Part shown: positions 28,760 through 37,275 of the stretch, in pieces
Layout of the letters: each line of letters starts with the position of its first letter
How positions within the stretch are numbered: the stretch's first letter is position 1
Position numbers and translations under genes: made by a program
Notes under the pieces: model-generated
Told to the model about the DNA's origin: nothing
Databases searched by the model: none
What the model saw: only the letters and a program-made list of their open reading frames with translations
Assembly: GCA_030668875.1 (NCBI GenBank)
Contig: DAOVER010000004.1
Location: 15,626-79,625, forward strand
Direction: 5' to 3'
Length of the DNA: 64,000 bases
Source: Candidatus Heimdallarchaeota archaeon
GTDB taxonomy: Archaea > Asgardarchaeota > Heimdallarchaeia > Heimdallarchaeales > Heimdallarchaeaceae

Positions 28760-29782
28760 TTAGAATAGCGTTTCGTCCTCTGCATATCTGTAAGATATCA
28801 CGAAAAGAACAAAGAAAATACATGCTGAGAGTGCAACAACCAGTGTTATCATTCCATTCCAATAACTTGCTATGAAGTTTACTGCTATGAATATAGGAAC
28901 CATCAACATCCCCCCTCCTCCTCCGCTGTCTTTTGACATTTTCTTTCTCCACCTGATGAGAACTTCTGTTAGGCTTAGACCTACAGCTATTCCATTTATG
29001 ATAAACATCGCTAAATGAGCTGAATCCCACTTTGTTACAAATATTAAGATAAGTAAAAATCCTCCAAACAGAAGGAATTTAATTACTAGCCCAATCCTGC
29101 TTTCGTCTGTTTTTGTATAAGATACCTGTGATGCTCCTTCTCGAAAGAACAAAAAGAAATTGGTTACTGCCATTGCACATGCTAAACACAAAACCACACC
29201 ATAGAAGTATCCTGAATACAATACCCAAATATCCCAAATAGGACCAATAACGACAGAATAGTCAACATAGAAAGCTATGGCTACCATTAGAGGAATTGCT
29301 GCTAGTAAGAGGCCTGGGATAACAATCAGCATAGCTGGAACATTCTTTTTAACTCCAAATGCATATACTAGTAATTTAACAGCAAAAAACGCTCCAAACA
29401 CAGCTATAATGGGTGATCCGAATGGTAAGACAAAGAAGAACAAACAAAATATGGCATTTACCATATAGAATAACTTTGTGTCGATTCTGACTTTTCCAAG
29501 AGCTCTCCACATTAGTTCATATGAATTCGCAATTCTATCTCTTTTGACTATTGAAGCTAAAGTAAAAGGTAGTGCAAAAATGAGAGGCGAAATAATTTTC
29601 AAGATGACAAAATCCCCACTTCCTGAAGAGAAATATTCACTCTCTGACCAAAATATGAAAGAATCTAAAGACATGTCTTTCATTGGCCCTAGAAACGCCC
29701 ACAAATAGAAGAAGGTCGGAAAAATAAAGATTTGAAGCAAGACAATGAATCTGTTAACCATCATTCCTCTCATATCTACCAT
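28760..29782 (-). CDS. Polytopic membrane protein (340 aa), unknown function
   Basis: Eight or more predicted TM helices; GGGGG linker near the C-terminus. Confidence 0.45.
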   Translation of the reverse strand: MVDMRGMMVNRFIVLLQIFIFPTFFYLWAFLGPMKDMSLDSFIFWSESEYFSSGSGDFVILKIISPLIFALPFTLASIVKRDRIANSYELMWRALGKVRIDTKLFYMVNAIFCLFFFVLPFGSPIIAVFGAFFAVKLLVYAFGVKKNVPAMLIVIPGLLLAAIPLMVAIAFYVDYSVVIGPIWDIWVLYSGYFYGVVLCLACAMAVTNFFLFFREGASQVSYTKTDESRIGLVIKFLLFGGFLLILIFVTKWDSAHLAMFIINGIAVGLSLTEVLIRWRKKMSKDSGGGGGMLMVPIFIAVNFIASYWNGMITLVVALSACIFFVLFVISYRYAEDETLF

Positions 29783-29839
29783 TTATTAACACCTTGGAAA
29801 AAAGTGTAAACGGAAATAAAAAAACATTTCCTTTTAACG

Positions 29840-30007
29840 TCCCCGCTGGGTCACACGCTCGGGTTGATTTTTATCCGCCTTTCAATTGGGCGGAGAGCCC
29901 CCGGGGCATTACTACACCTTAGTTGTGGACCCTTTTCACCGTGATCTTGGGGGTAGGGATCACACTTTTTGACTAGGATCCCTACAAATTTGTGGGCGTC
30001 ACTGAAC
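29840..30007. ncRNA. GC-rich structured intergenic element; candidate ncRNA of unassigned class
   Basis: About 170 nt at roughly 50% GC in a ~32% GC genome, between divergent genes. Stems: TCCGCC/GGCGGA hairpin, GTGATC...GATCAC, GTAGGGA...TCCCTAC, and a possible long-range GGGTCAC/GTGGACCC pairing. No ORF. Confidence 0.4.
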
Positions 30008-30040
30008 TAAACTTTATTAAATCTCGCATATTAATATTCA

Positions 30041-31315
30041 ATGAGGTTTATGACAGAAAATCCTGCTTCTTTGGAAGACATATTGAAAAAATATGCCATC
30101 CAACTTCATGACTTAGAATATATCTTAAACTTCATGCAAAAAGAGAGCATTTCTCCTCAATTAGCAATGCGTAGAATTAAATTATTTGAGAAATTACAAG
30201 AAAAAATGTCTCAAACTCAATCTAATGATAAAGTCAAGGAGCTTACATCAGAACTTGATCACTTGTCAAAACTAGTAGAAGAACTTCAGACTGAAAAAGC
30301 AGAATTAGATAAAGAAATTGAAGATACTAGACTAGAACAGGATCTTTTCAATGCTGAACGAGAAGAGTTAAAACTGCAAATGCATGCTCTGATGGGTTCT
30401 ATTGAAACTATTGAATCTGAAGCTGAAGAAGAAGAGGGAAAACTAGAAGAGGAAAATCAGAGTTTAAAGAAGAAAATTAGCATGATGACTGCAGGATGTC
30501 AAACTGTAAAAGATAGAATTCTTGAACTTGCATCAGAAAATTCCTCACTTCGCACTTTAGCTCAAGGTCTGGAAAAGAGTCTTGATATCATAATGGAAGG
30601 AAATCAAATTCCAAATGAATTAGGCATTTCAGTTCCAAAAGAGATGCTTGCTAAGCCTCCTATCAGAAGAAGTGAACCTAAAGATAAATCAGTTCCAAGC
30701 TCAGCTCACGCCACTGAGACAATATCGCCCGATCAAGTAAAGTTTGTTGCACAGTCTCCTGTCTCTGAATCAATACCTCCATCTCAGTCTGCTGAGTCAT
30801 CTCCAGCAACAGCTGCTCCTGCTTCAAAGACAATTTCTCAATCATCTATAGAAATCAAGGAAAGTTCCAGTTCTGTATTAAGAAAACCTGTTATTAAAGA
30901 AAAGTTATTTGCAGAACCTGAAGAGATTGAAAAATCTGCATCAACACCCACAAAAGAGTCTCAACTTGCTCCTCAACCAGAAACCAAGATAGAATCAAAG
31001 CCAGCACCTAAACCAATTGAGGAAGAAAAACCCAAAAAGATTTTAGTAAGTTCCAAACCTGCACCGGAAGGAAACCAAGTATCGGCAAAAATTGAAAAGA
31101 TATTACGTCTCTTCATCTCATATTCAGAACAAGCAGATACTGATGAAAACTGGAAGGCAAGAATTTCAGCAATCTGTGATATGGATGAAGCTTATATTGA
31201 GCTAGGTGGTTTAGCTATGTCGCAGATATATTCTTATCAAACTCAAACCCTAAAGAAGAGAAAAGAGTTCCAAAGATTACTTAATTTGTGGATTGAAAAC
31301 GGTTTACCTCGATAA
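30041..31315 (+). CDS. Coiled-coil protein with a Ser/Pro/Ala-rich disordered linker and a C-terminal globular domain
   Basis: N-terminal heptad-rich region (~150 aa), low-complexity SPxS/APKP segment, conserved-looking C-terminus. Confidence 0.4.
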   Translation: MRFMTENPASLEDILKKYAIQLHDLEYILNFMQKESISPQLAMRRIKLFEKLQEKMSQTQSNDKVKELTSELDHLSKLVEELQTEKAELDKEIEDTRLEQDLFNAEREELKLQMHALMGSIETIESEAEEEEGKLEEENQSLKKKISMMTAGCQTVKDRILELASENSSLRTLAQGLEKSLDIIMEGNQIPNELGISVPKEMLAKPPIRRSEPKDKSVPSSAHATETISPDQVKFVAQSPVSESIPPSQSAESSPATAAPASKTISQSSIEIKESSSSVLRKPVIKEKLFAEPEEIEKSASTPTKESQLAPQPETKIESKPAPKPIEEEKPKKILVSSKPAPEGNQVSAKIEKILRLFISYSEQADTDENWKARISAICDMDEAYIELGGLAMSQIYSYQTQTLKKRKEFQRLLNLWIENGLPR

Positions 31316-31415
31316 ACTTAAACTCTCTTTTAATCTCGCTGTTTCTATTTTCTAGCTTAATATGTAAGGTTTAGCAAAAATTAAAAAAGGTTAGAAAGAT
31401 TTTGAGTTAGCATAT

Positions 31416-31511
31416 GGGCCAGTAGTCTAGTCCGGATAAGGCACCAGCCTTCGGAAGAAATATTCTGAAGACAGCTGGGGGTCGCAGGTTCAAGTCCTGC
31501 CTGGTCCGCCA
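31416..31511 (+). tRNA. tRNA-Arg (anticodon TCG) with an ~18-nt intron at the canonical 37/38 position; encoded CCA
   Basis: Acceptor GGGCCAG/CTGGTCC, D-stem GTCT/AGGC with A14 and GG18-19, anticodon stem CCAGC/GCTGG, loop CTTCGG^intron^A, T-arm GCAGG-TTCAAGT-CCTGC. Intron AAGAAATATTCTGAAGAC pairs with the exon loop (CTTCGG/CTGAAG). Confidence 0.7.
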
Positions 31512-31521
31512 CCTTCTATGT

Positions 31522-32307
31522 TTGTCAATAAGACAAAACTTTATTAAAAAAATTCAATTAGAAATATTAATGAAAACAAACGTTAAATTTTCTAAATCCA
31601 TCACATTTCAAGTGGTTGCTATTCTTTGCATTTTGAATGTGATTTTAACTTCGGTTGTTACAGGAAACCAAAGTCTAAATCTTAAATCTGGAAATATGGT
31701 TGAATATACCATACTCGATTCAAGTGAAACCACAAATCTCTTTTATGGTGCTTGGCCCCCTGGTGATTACTATGGTAATTGGACTGTCTGTCAAAATGAG
31801 AAGATTGTTTATGAGATAACCAATGATACCGCAGATGAAATGGAAGGGATTATAGTCTTAGGTAACTACACTTTCAACAATATACGTAATATTGATGTGG
31901 CGAGCGCTTTGGCAGTTAGTGTCTATCCTTGGAACGGGGGGTTCTTTGCAAATGCTTCAGATTGGACAGGAATAACAGAAATGATTGAAAATACGAATAC
32001 TTCTATGACCCTAATAGAAGACTATAATCAAACCATCAATGATGATGATTATTCACTTGATATCTATGAATTCAATGTAGAGGACTATTATGGACAATAT
32101 TCTCTGTTTCGTTACGATGTTGAAAGTGGGATATTGTTAAACGCATTCACATCTTTTGGGGCTTACTATCTCAATATTTCCTTGTCCTCAACGAATATTG
32201 ACATACAAGGAATGATAACAAATGCGATATCATATTATTTCTTACCTGCAGTTGTATCCTTCATATTCATTGTGTATTTTCTTCAAAAAAGGTTGCGAAA
32301 AATTTGA
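31522..32307 (+). CDS. Secreted glycoprotein with a C-terminal TM anchor
   Basis: N-terminal hydrophobic segment; many N-x-S/T sequons; C-terminal LPAVVSFIFIVYFLQKRLRKI. Confidence 0.45.
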   Translation: MSIRQNFIKKIQLEILMKTNVKFSKSITFQVVAILCILNVILTSVVTGNQSLNLKSGNMVEYTILDSSETTNLFYGAWPPGDYYGNWTVCQNEKIVYEITNDTADEMEGIIVLGNYTFNNIRNIDVASALAVSVYPWNGGFFANASDWTGITEMIENTNTSMTLIEDYNQTINDDDYSLDIYEFNVEDYYGQYSLFRYDVESGILLNAFTSFGAYYLNISLSSTNIDIQGMITNAISYYFLPAVVSFIFIVYFLQKRLRKI

Positions 32308-32413
32308 TAAATCTAGGCATTTAGATAATTTTTCTTATTGAAAATATGTGAAAGCTGCTGAACTAGCCACAAGAAATATTAAACCTAACCGAATATAAAG
32401 AAATGAGTAACAT

Positions 32414-33229
32414 ATGAGTGAGAGTACACAAAAGTGTCCAAGTTGTTCTGAGACTGTACCATTAGAATATTCTGTCTGTCCTTTTTGTGGGTTTGGTTTA
32501 CTAGAATATGAACTTAAGAAATTTTCATTCAAACCTAAACTTAAGGAAGTGTTTATTCGGATTTATTCCTTTTTCAGAAGACCTATCAAAACAAGTGAGG
32601 AATTTGGTGTTGCTACAGAATCAAAAGGAGCGAACATTTTACTGCTAATCTTTTCGTTATTTTTATCCTTACGGTATTATTTTACTATGGTGGCATCTGG
32701 GTTGGAATTTTCAGGAGTTATTGCAATTGGAAATATTGTTGATCCTGATGTTTTTGGTTTTACAATTAGTATCGGCCTCATTTTCTTTTTAGTAACATTC
32801 CTTCTAATGCCTCTTATCGTTTGGGTTATTTACAAGACATTTTTCTCTCTAGGAACTTGGTTAATGGCAAAATTTGCAGGAATGCTAGGTTCAGACGCAT
32901 CGAAAAAACAATATAGAACTATTATAGGTTATTCAATTACTCCAATTGTGGTTGGGGAATTTCTAGGTATATTCTTTTCATTAATTGCTGGGTTCAGTAC
33001 TAACTCTTCACCATTAGACATGATGCAATATATGGAAGATGTGTACACTTCTGGAATAATGTTAGTGTTCAAGATTTTGATGGTTATACTCTGGATTGTA
33101 ATGATTGTATATTCAACAATTGGACTCAAAGTTGTGGGTAAAATGTCATGGTTTACTGCAGCAATTTCCACTATTTTACCCATCGCCGTTTTTGTTTACT
33201 TCTTCTATTTCCTCAATCTTTTTGGATAA
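32414..33229 (+). CDS. Yip1-domain membrane protein with an N-terminal zinc ribbon
   Basis: CPSCSETVPLEYSVCPFCGF, then a five-TM Yip1/DUF1282-like body. Confidence 0.5.
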   Translation: MSESTQKCPSCSETVPLEYSVCPFCGFGLLEYELKKFSFKPKLKEVFIRIYSFFRRPIKTSEEFGVATESKGANILLLIFSLFLSLRYYFTMVASGLEFSGVIAIGNIVDPDVFGFTISIGLIFFLVTFLLMPLIVWVIYKTFFSLGTWLMAKFAGMLGSDASKKQYRTIIGYSITPIVVGEFLGIFFSLIAGFSTNSSPLDMMQYMEDVYTSGIMLVFKILMVILWIVMIVYSTIGLKVVGKMSWFTAAISTILPIAVFVYFFYFLNLFG

Positions 33230-33325
33230 GGAAATACTTTTTATTCCTTTTGCTTTTCAATAACTGATTTATATACTCTAGAAAAGGTTTTGAATGAAAG
33301 AGAGGAATATTTTTGAGGACGTTCA

Positions 33326-34327
33326 ATGAAAGAAGGAAGAAAACCTTTCTTGAAAGATATAGGTGAAAAGCAATTTCTATCAAAAATCTCCCAGTATGTT
33401 GACACTCCTCTAATAGACTTTAATGACGATGCTTCTGCAATAGAATTACCATCAGGAGAACTCTTAGTAATTAATGTTGATATGTTAGTTCAAGGAACTG
33501 ATGTGTTGCCTGGGATGTCTTCTCTTCAAGTCGGTAAAAAAGCTGTAACCATGTCAGTTAGCGATATTATAGCAAAGGGAGTAAAACCAATAGGGTGTTT
33601 GGCTAGTGTTAGCTTTCCACCAGAGATAGCTATTGATGAAGCAGAGACAATAATTCAAGGCATTAAAGAACAATGTTCATTGTATGGATGTTTGTTTTTG
33701 GGAGGAGATCTTAATGAAAGCAAAGAAACTATTGTGGACATAGTTGCTTTTGGTACTTGTGGTAAAACCAATTTTATTTCACGAAAGGGGGCAGTTTCAG
33801 GAGATATACTGTATTCAACAGGCTTGTTTGGGTTTACTGCTTTAGGTTTTGAAATGATACTCAATGAAAAATTTATTGTCGAATCTCTAAAAAAACAGAT
33901 ACTTGAATCTGTCTATGAACCAATTGCAAAAATAGAATTTCTTGATATTCTGCAAGAATTACCTATCAAAATCTGTATGGATAGTTCCGATGGTCTTTTG
34001 ATTACTCTAAATGATCTTTCCACCTTAAACAATCTCGGAATTAACATAACCACCATTCCTATACAACCTGAAATTAAAGACTTCGCAGAAAAATATGGGA
34101 TTAATCCGCTAGATTTAGTCTTTAAAGGTGGAGAAGAGTTTGATCTAATTTTTGCTGTTTCTCCCGATTTAATAGAGATAGTTGAAAAAAGGGTTGAAGA
34201 TATGGGTCTGGAAATTTATAAATTAGGGTTTTTCGATGAAAATATTAATGGACTCACTCTGACTGACGATGCTTTTAGTCGCTATGAAGTTCCAAAAAAT
34301 GGGTTTGAGCATTTTACAAGTAAGTAG
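33326..34327 (+). CDS. thiL: PurM-like (AIR synthase-related) protein, probably thiamine-monophosphate kinase ThiL
   Basis: DDASAIELP...LVINVDMLVQGTDV...SDIIAKGVKPIG matches the ThiL N-terminal domain; size about 330 aa. Confidence 0.5.
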   Translation: MKEGRKPFLKDIGEKQFLSKISQYVDTPLIDFNDDASAIELPSGELLVINVDMLVQGTDVLPGMSSLQVGKKAVTMSVSDIIAKGVKPIGCLASVSFPPEIAIDEAETIIQGIKEQCSLYGCLFLGGDLNESKETIVDIVAFGTCGKTNFISRKGAVSGDILYSTGLFGFTALGFEMILNEKFIVESLKKQILESVYEPIAKIEFLDILQELPIKICMDSSDGLLITLNDLSTLNNLGINITTIPIQPEIKDFAEKYGINPLDLVFKGGEEFDLIFAVSPDLIEIVEKRVEDMGLEIYKLGFFDENINGLTLTDDAFSRYEVPKNGFEHFTSK

Positions 34328-34373
34328 CGATATACTGACAATAAATGTTTAATAACTCAGATAAATTTATCTT

Positions 34374-35633
34374 TTGATACTCATGCCAAAAATAACAAAG
34401 ATTATCGCAAGAGAAATTTTGGATTCAAGAGGGAATCCAACCGTAGAAGTGGATCTTTTTACAACTGAAGGTTTTGGTAGAGCTCTAGTTCCTTCAGGAG
34501 CTTCAACTGGAGAGCACGAAGTTTTAGAATTACGAGATAAGGATGAACGTTTTCTAGGAAAAGGTGTGAAGAAAGCTGTAAGAAATGTTATGGAACTTAT
34601 TGCACCAAAACTGATGGGTGAAGAAGTTACAAACCAAGAAAACATAGATAAGATAATGCTTGAATTAGATGGAACCGAAAACAAATCCAAACTTGGTGCA
34701 AATGCTATGCTTGGTGTTTCCTTAGCGGCTAGTAAAGCAGCTGCGAATGGTTTGAAGTTACCAGTATATGCATACTTAAACAGTGACGCTACAACAATTC
34801 CGGTTCCAATGTTAAACGTAATAAATGGTGGTAAACATGCTGGAGGTCACCTAAAGATTCAAGAATTTATGCTTATACCTCATGGATTTAAAAAATACAG
34901 TGAAGCATTGCGCGCTGGTTGTGAAGTTTACCAAGTTTTGAAGAAAAATCTAAAGAAGTTTGGCCCTTCTGCAATAAACCTAGGAGATGAAGGAGGATTT
35001 GGAAGCCCTGTAGATACTGCACCTGAAGCACTGCAAATGCTAGTTGATGCAATAAAAGATGCAAAGTATATTCCTGGACAAGAAATCTCAATTGGTTTGG
35101 ATTCAGCAGCTGCTGAATTCTATTCAGATGGTCTATATGAAGTAGATGGCAAAAAACTAACTGGAGATGAATTGGTTGATTATTATATTGACCTAGTTGA
35201 GAAATTTCCAATTATCTCACTTGAAGATCCTTTCGATGAAAATGATTTTGATTCTTTTGCTAAATTACATGAAAAATTACCAGATATTTCAGTAGTAGCC
35301 GACGATTTAACTGTAACCAATCCAAAAAGGATTCAAACAGCAATAGACAAAAAAGCAGCCAATTACCTGTTACTCAAGGTTAATCAAATTGGAACCTTAA
35401 CTGAATCCTTACAAGCTGCAGAACTTGCTCGAAGTGATGGTTGGGGAATCAATATGTCACATAGGTCAGGGGAAACAGAAGATACTTTTATTGCAGACCT
35501 AGCCGTTGCGATGGGTACTGAACGAATAAAAACGGGAGCGCCAGCTCGTGGCGAGCGCACAGCAAAATATAATCAACTTCTAAGAATTGAGGAAGAATTA
35601 GGAGATAGAGCCAAGTATTTAGGTAGTAAATAA
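34374..35633 (+). CDS. eno: Enolase (phosphopyruvate hydratase)
   Basis: IIAREILDSRGNPTVEVDL, the SGETED active-site motif, GAPARGERTAKYNQLLRIEEEL. Likely real start at MPKITK (34383). Confidence 0.95.
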   Translation: MILMPKITKIIAREILDSRGNPTVEVDLFTTEGFGRALVPSGASTGEHEVLELRDKDERFLGKGVKKAVRNVMELIAPKLMGEEVTNQENIDKIMLELDGTENKSKLGANAMLGVSLAASKAAANGLKLPVYAYLNSDATTIPVPMLNVINGGKHAGGHLKIQEFMLIPHGFKKYSEALRAGCEVYQVLKKNLKKFGPSAINLGDEGGFGSPVDTAPEALQMLVDAIKDAKYIPGQEISIGLDSAAAEFYSDGLYEVDGKKLTGDELVDYYIDLVEKFPIISLEDPFDENDFDSFAKLHEKLPDISVVADDLTVTNPKRIQTAIDKKAANYLLLKVNQIGTLTESLQAAELARSDGWGINMSHRSGETEDTFIADLAVAMGTERIKTGAPARGERTAKYNQLLRIEEELGDRAKYLGSK

Positions 35634-35675
35634 CCTTTCTCCATTCTTCACTTTTCTTTTCCTTTCCTATGGTTT

Positions 35676-37238
35676 TTGAATAATCTTTTTGAAGTTAGAT
35701 TCTTTTTTCCATATGATAAAATGAAAACTGCCTATGAACAATTATTAAAAATCTATGAAGAAATTCAGCTTTTGGATTCTGTTAGTGGTGTGCTTTATTG
35801 GGATTTAAATACCTACATGCCCCCTGCAGCAGTTGATTATAGAGCTAAACAATTTCAGTATATCAGTACTAAAACACATCAGCTTTGGGTTGATGAGAAG
35901 ATATCTCATTTGATTGAATCTTGTCAAAAGGATGGATCGTTGGATTTAGTTCAAAAAAGAAATATTGAACTCATTAAACGTTCTTACGATAATAAAACTA
36001 TATTCCCAACAGAACTAGTCGGCAAAATAGCTTCTCAGTCAAATCGCACTTTAGAGATTTGGAAAGGTGCTAAAGAAAAGAAGGATTTTCAAAAAGTTCT
36101 TCCTGATCTCGAAAAATTGTTCCAATTGAATGTAGAAGCTGCAGAATTGTTGGCAAAAGCAAAAGGAATGAATGATCCTTACAATGCTCTAATAGATAGA
36201 AATGATAAAGGCTTTACTGTGGATTTGTTAAGTAGATTGTTCAACGATACTAAATCTTTCTTAATTCCGTTTGTGAAAAAATGCAAGGATTCTGATGTAA
36301 AGATAGACCGTTCTTTTGTATCTAGAACTGTCCCTAGATCTGTACAGGTAAAGATGGTTGAGGAACTCGCTGACTTTCTCAAATATGATTTCGGTTCAAA
36401 TAAAGCAAATGGTAGAATAGATGAAGTAGAACACCCCTTAACAATAGGTTGTGGTAAAGGTGATGTACGAGTAACCGTAAAGTATCATGAAGATCATGTA
36501 TTATCAGCTTTTCTCGCAGGAGCTCATGAGTGTGGTCATGCTATCCATGGTCTCCAAGGAAAGGAAGAATGGTTCAATCAACCAGTTTATCGTGTTTCAT
36601 CACCAAGTTTTGGAGAATCACAGTCACGTATACTAGAAAACATTGTTGCCAGCTCAGAAGAGTTTTGGAATTATTATTATCCAAAGTTTCAGAGAGTAAC
36701 TCAAGGAACATTCGATGATATTGACATGCATACATTTTATTCTGCTTTAAATGCAGTGACTCCCGGCTTTATAAGAATACAAGCTGACGAAGTAACTTAT
36801 ATTTTACACATTATTATTAGATTTGAAATTGAAAGAGATTGGTTCGCTGGAAAAATTTCTACGAAAGAATTACCTCAAGTTTGGAATGAGAAATACAAGA
36901 ATTACTTGGGTGTTGATGTTCCAGATGATTCATTAGGATTAATGCAAGATTTGCATTGGTATTCACAATATTATGCATATTTCCATGGTTATGGCGTAGG
37001 TGACCTGATCTCTGCACAAATTACTAATACGATGAGTAAGAAACTTCCTGGTTGGAGAGATGACTTATTGGAAGGTAATTTTACAAATATCAAACAGTGG
37101 TTAGCTGAAAATGTTCATGAAAAGGGTGGAATGCATGATGGTCTTGAACTAGTTGAACAGATTACTAATGAACCTCTTTCAACTAAATATTTCATTGAAT
37201 ATATAGAGAAAAAATTCTCGAATATATATAGTTTATAA
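35676..37238 (+). CDS. M32 carboxypeptidase (Taq-type)
   Basis: HECGHAIH (HExxH); IRIQADEVTYILHIIIRFEIE; GLMQDLHW. Start possibly at MKTAYEQ (35721). Confidence 0.85.
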   Translation: MNNLFEVRFFFPYDKMKTAYEQLLKIYEEIQLLDSVSGVLYWDLNTYMPPAAVDYRAKQFQYISTKTHQLWVDEKISHLIESCQKDGSLDLVQKRNIELIKRSYDNKTIFPTELVGKIASQSNRTLEIWKGAKEKKDFQKVLPDLEKLFQLNVEAAELLAKAKGMNDPYNALIDRNDKGFTVDLLSRLFNDTKSFLIPFVKKCKDSDVKIDRSFVSRTVPRSVQVKMVEELADFLKYDFGSNKANGRIDEVEHPLTIGCGKGDVRVTVKYHEDHVLSAFLAGAHECGHAIHGLQGKEEWFNQPVYRVSSPSFGESQSRILENIVASSEEFWNYYYPKFQRVTQGTFDDIDMHTFYSALNAVTPGFIRIQADEVTYILHIIIRFEIERDWFAGKISTKELPQVWNEKYKNYLGVDVPDDSLGLMQDLHWYSQYYAYFHGYGVGDLISAQITNTMSKKLPGWRDDLLEGNFTNIKQWLAENVHEKGGMHDGLELVEQITNEPLSTKYFIEYIEKKFSNIYSL

Positions 37239-37240
37239 AG

Positions 37241-37275
37241 AAGAAAAAACTCCCCCTTCCTTTTTTTAATCTTCA
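37241..37275. terminator. T/A-rich tract between convergent genes (AAAAAACTCCCCCTTCCTTTTTTTAATC)
   Basis: Oligo-T on one strand and oligo-A on the other, between the stop codons of convergent genes. Confidence 0.35.

Noticed and set aside
28749-29030. 93-aa minus-strand ORF
   Set aside because: Out-of-frame overlap with the 3' part of the 340-aa membrane protein gene on the same strand; composition is atypical; spurious.
29840-30007. Possible fluoride (crcB) riboswitch on the minus strand (GUGAUCCCUAC resembles the ...AUGAUUCCUAC 3' end)
   Set aside because: The 5' half of the crcB consensus (GGCGAUGG...AAAC) is not recognizable and the downstream gene is not a CrcB/EriC-type transporter. 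The element is kept only as an unassigned ncRNA.
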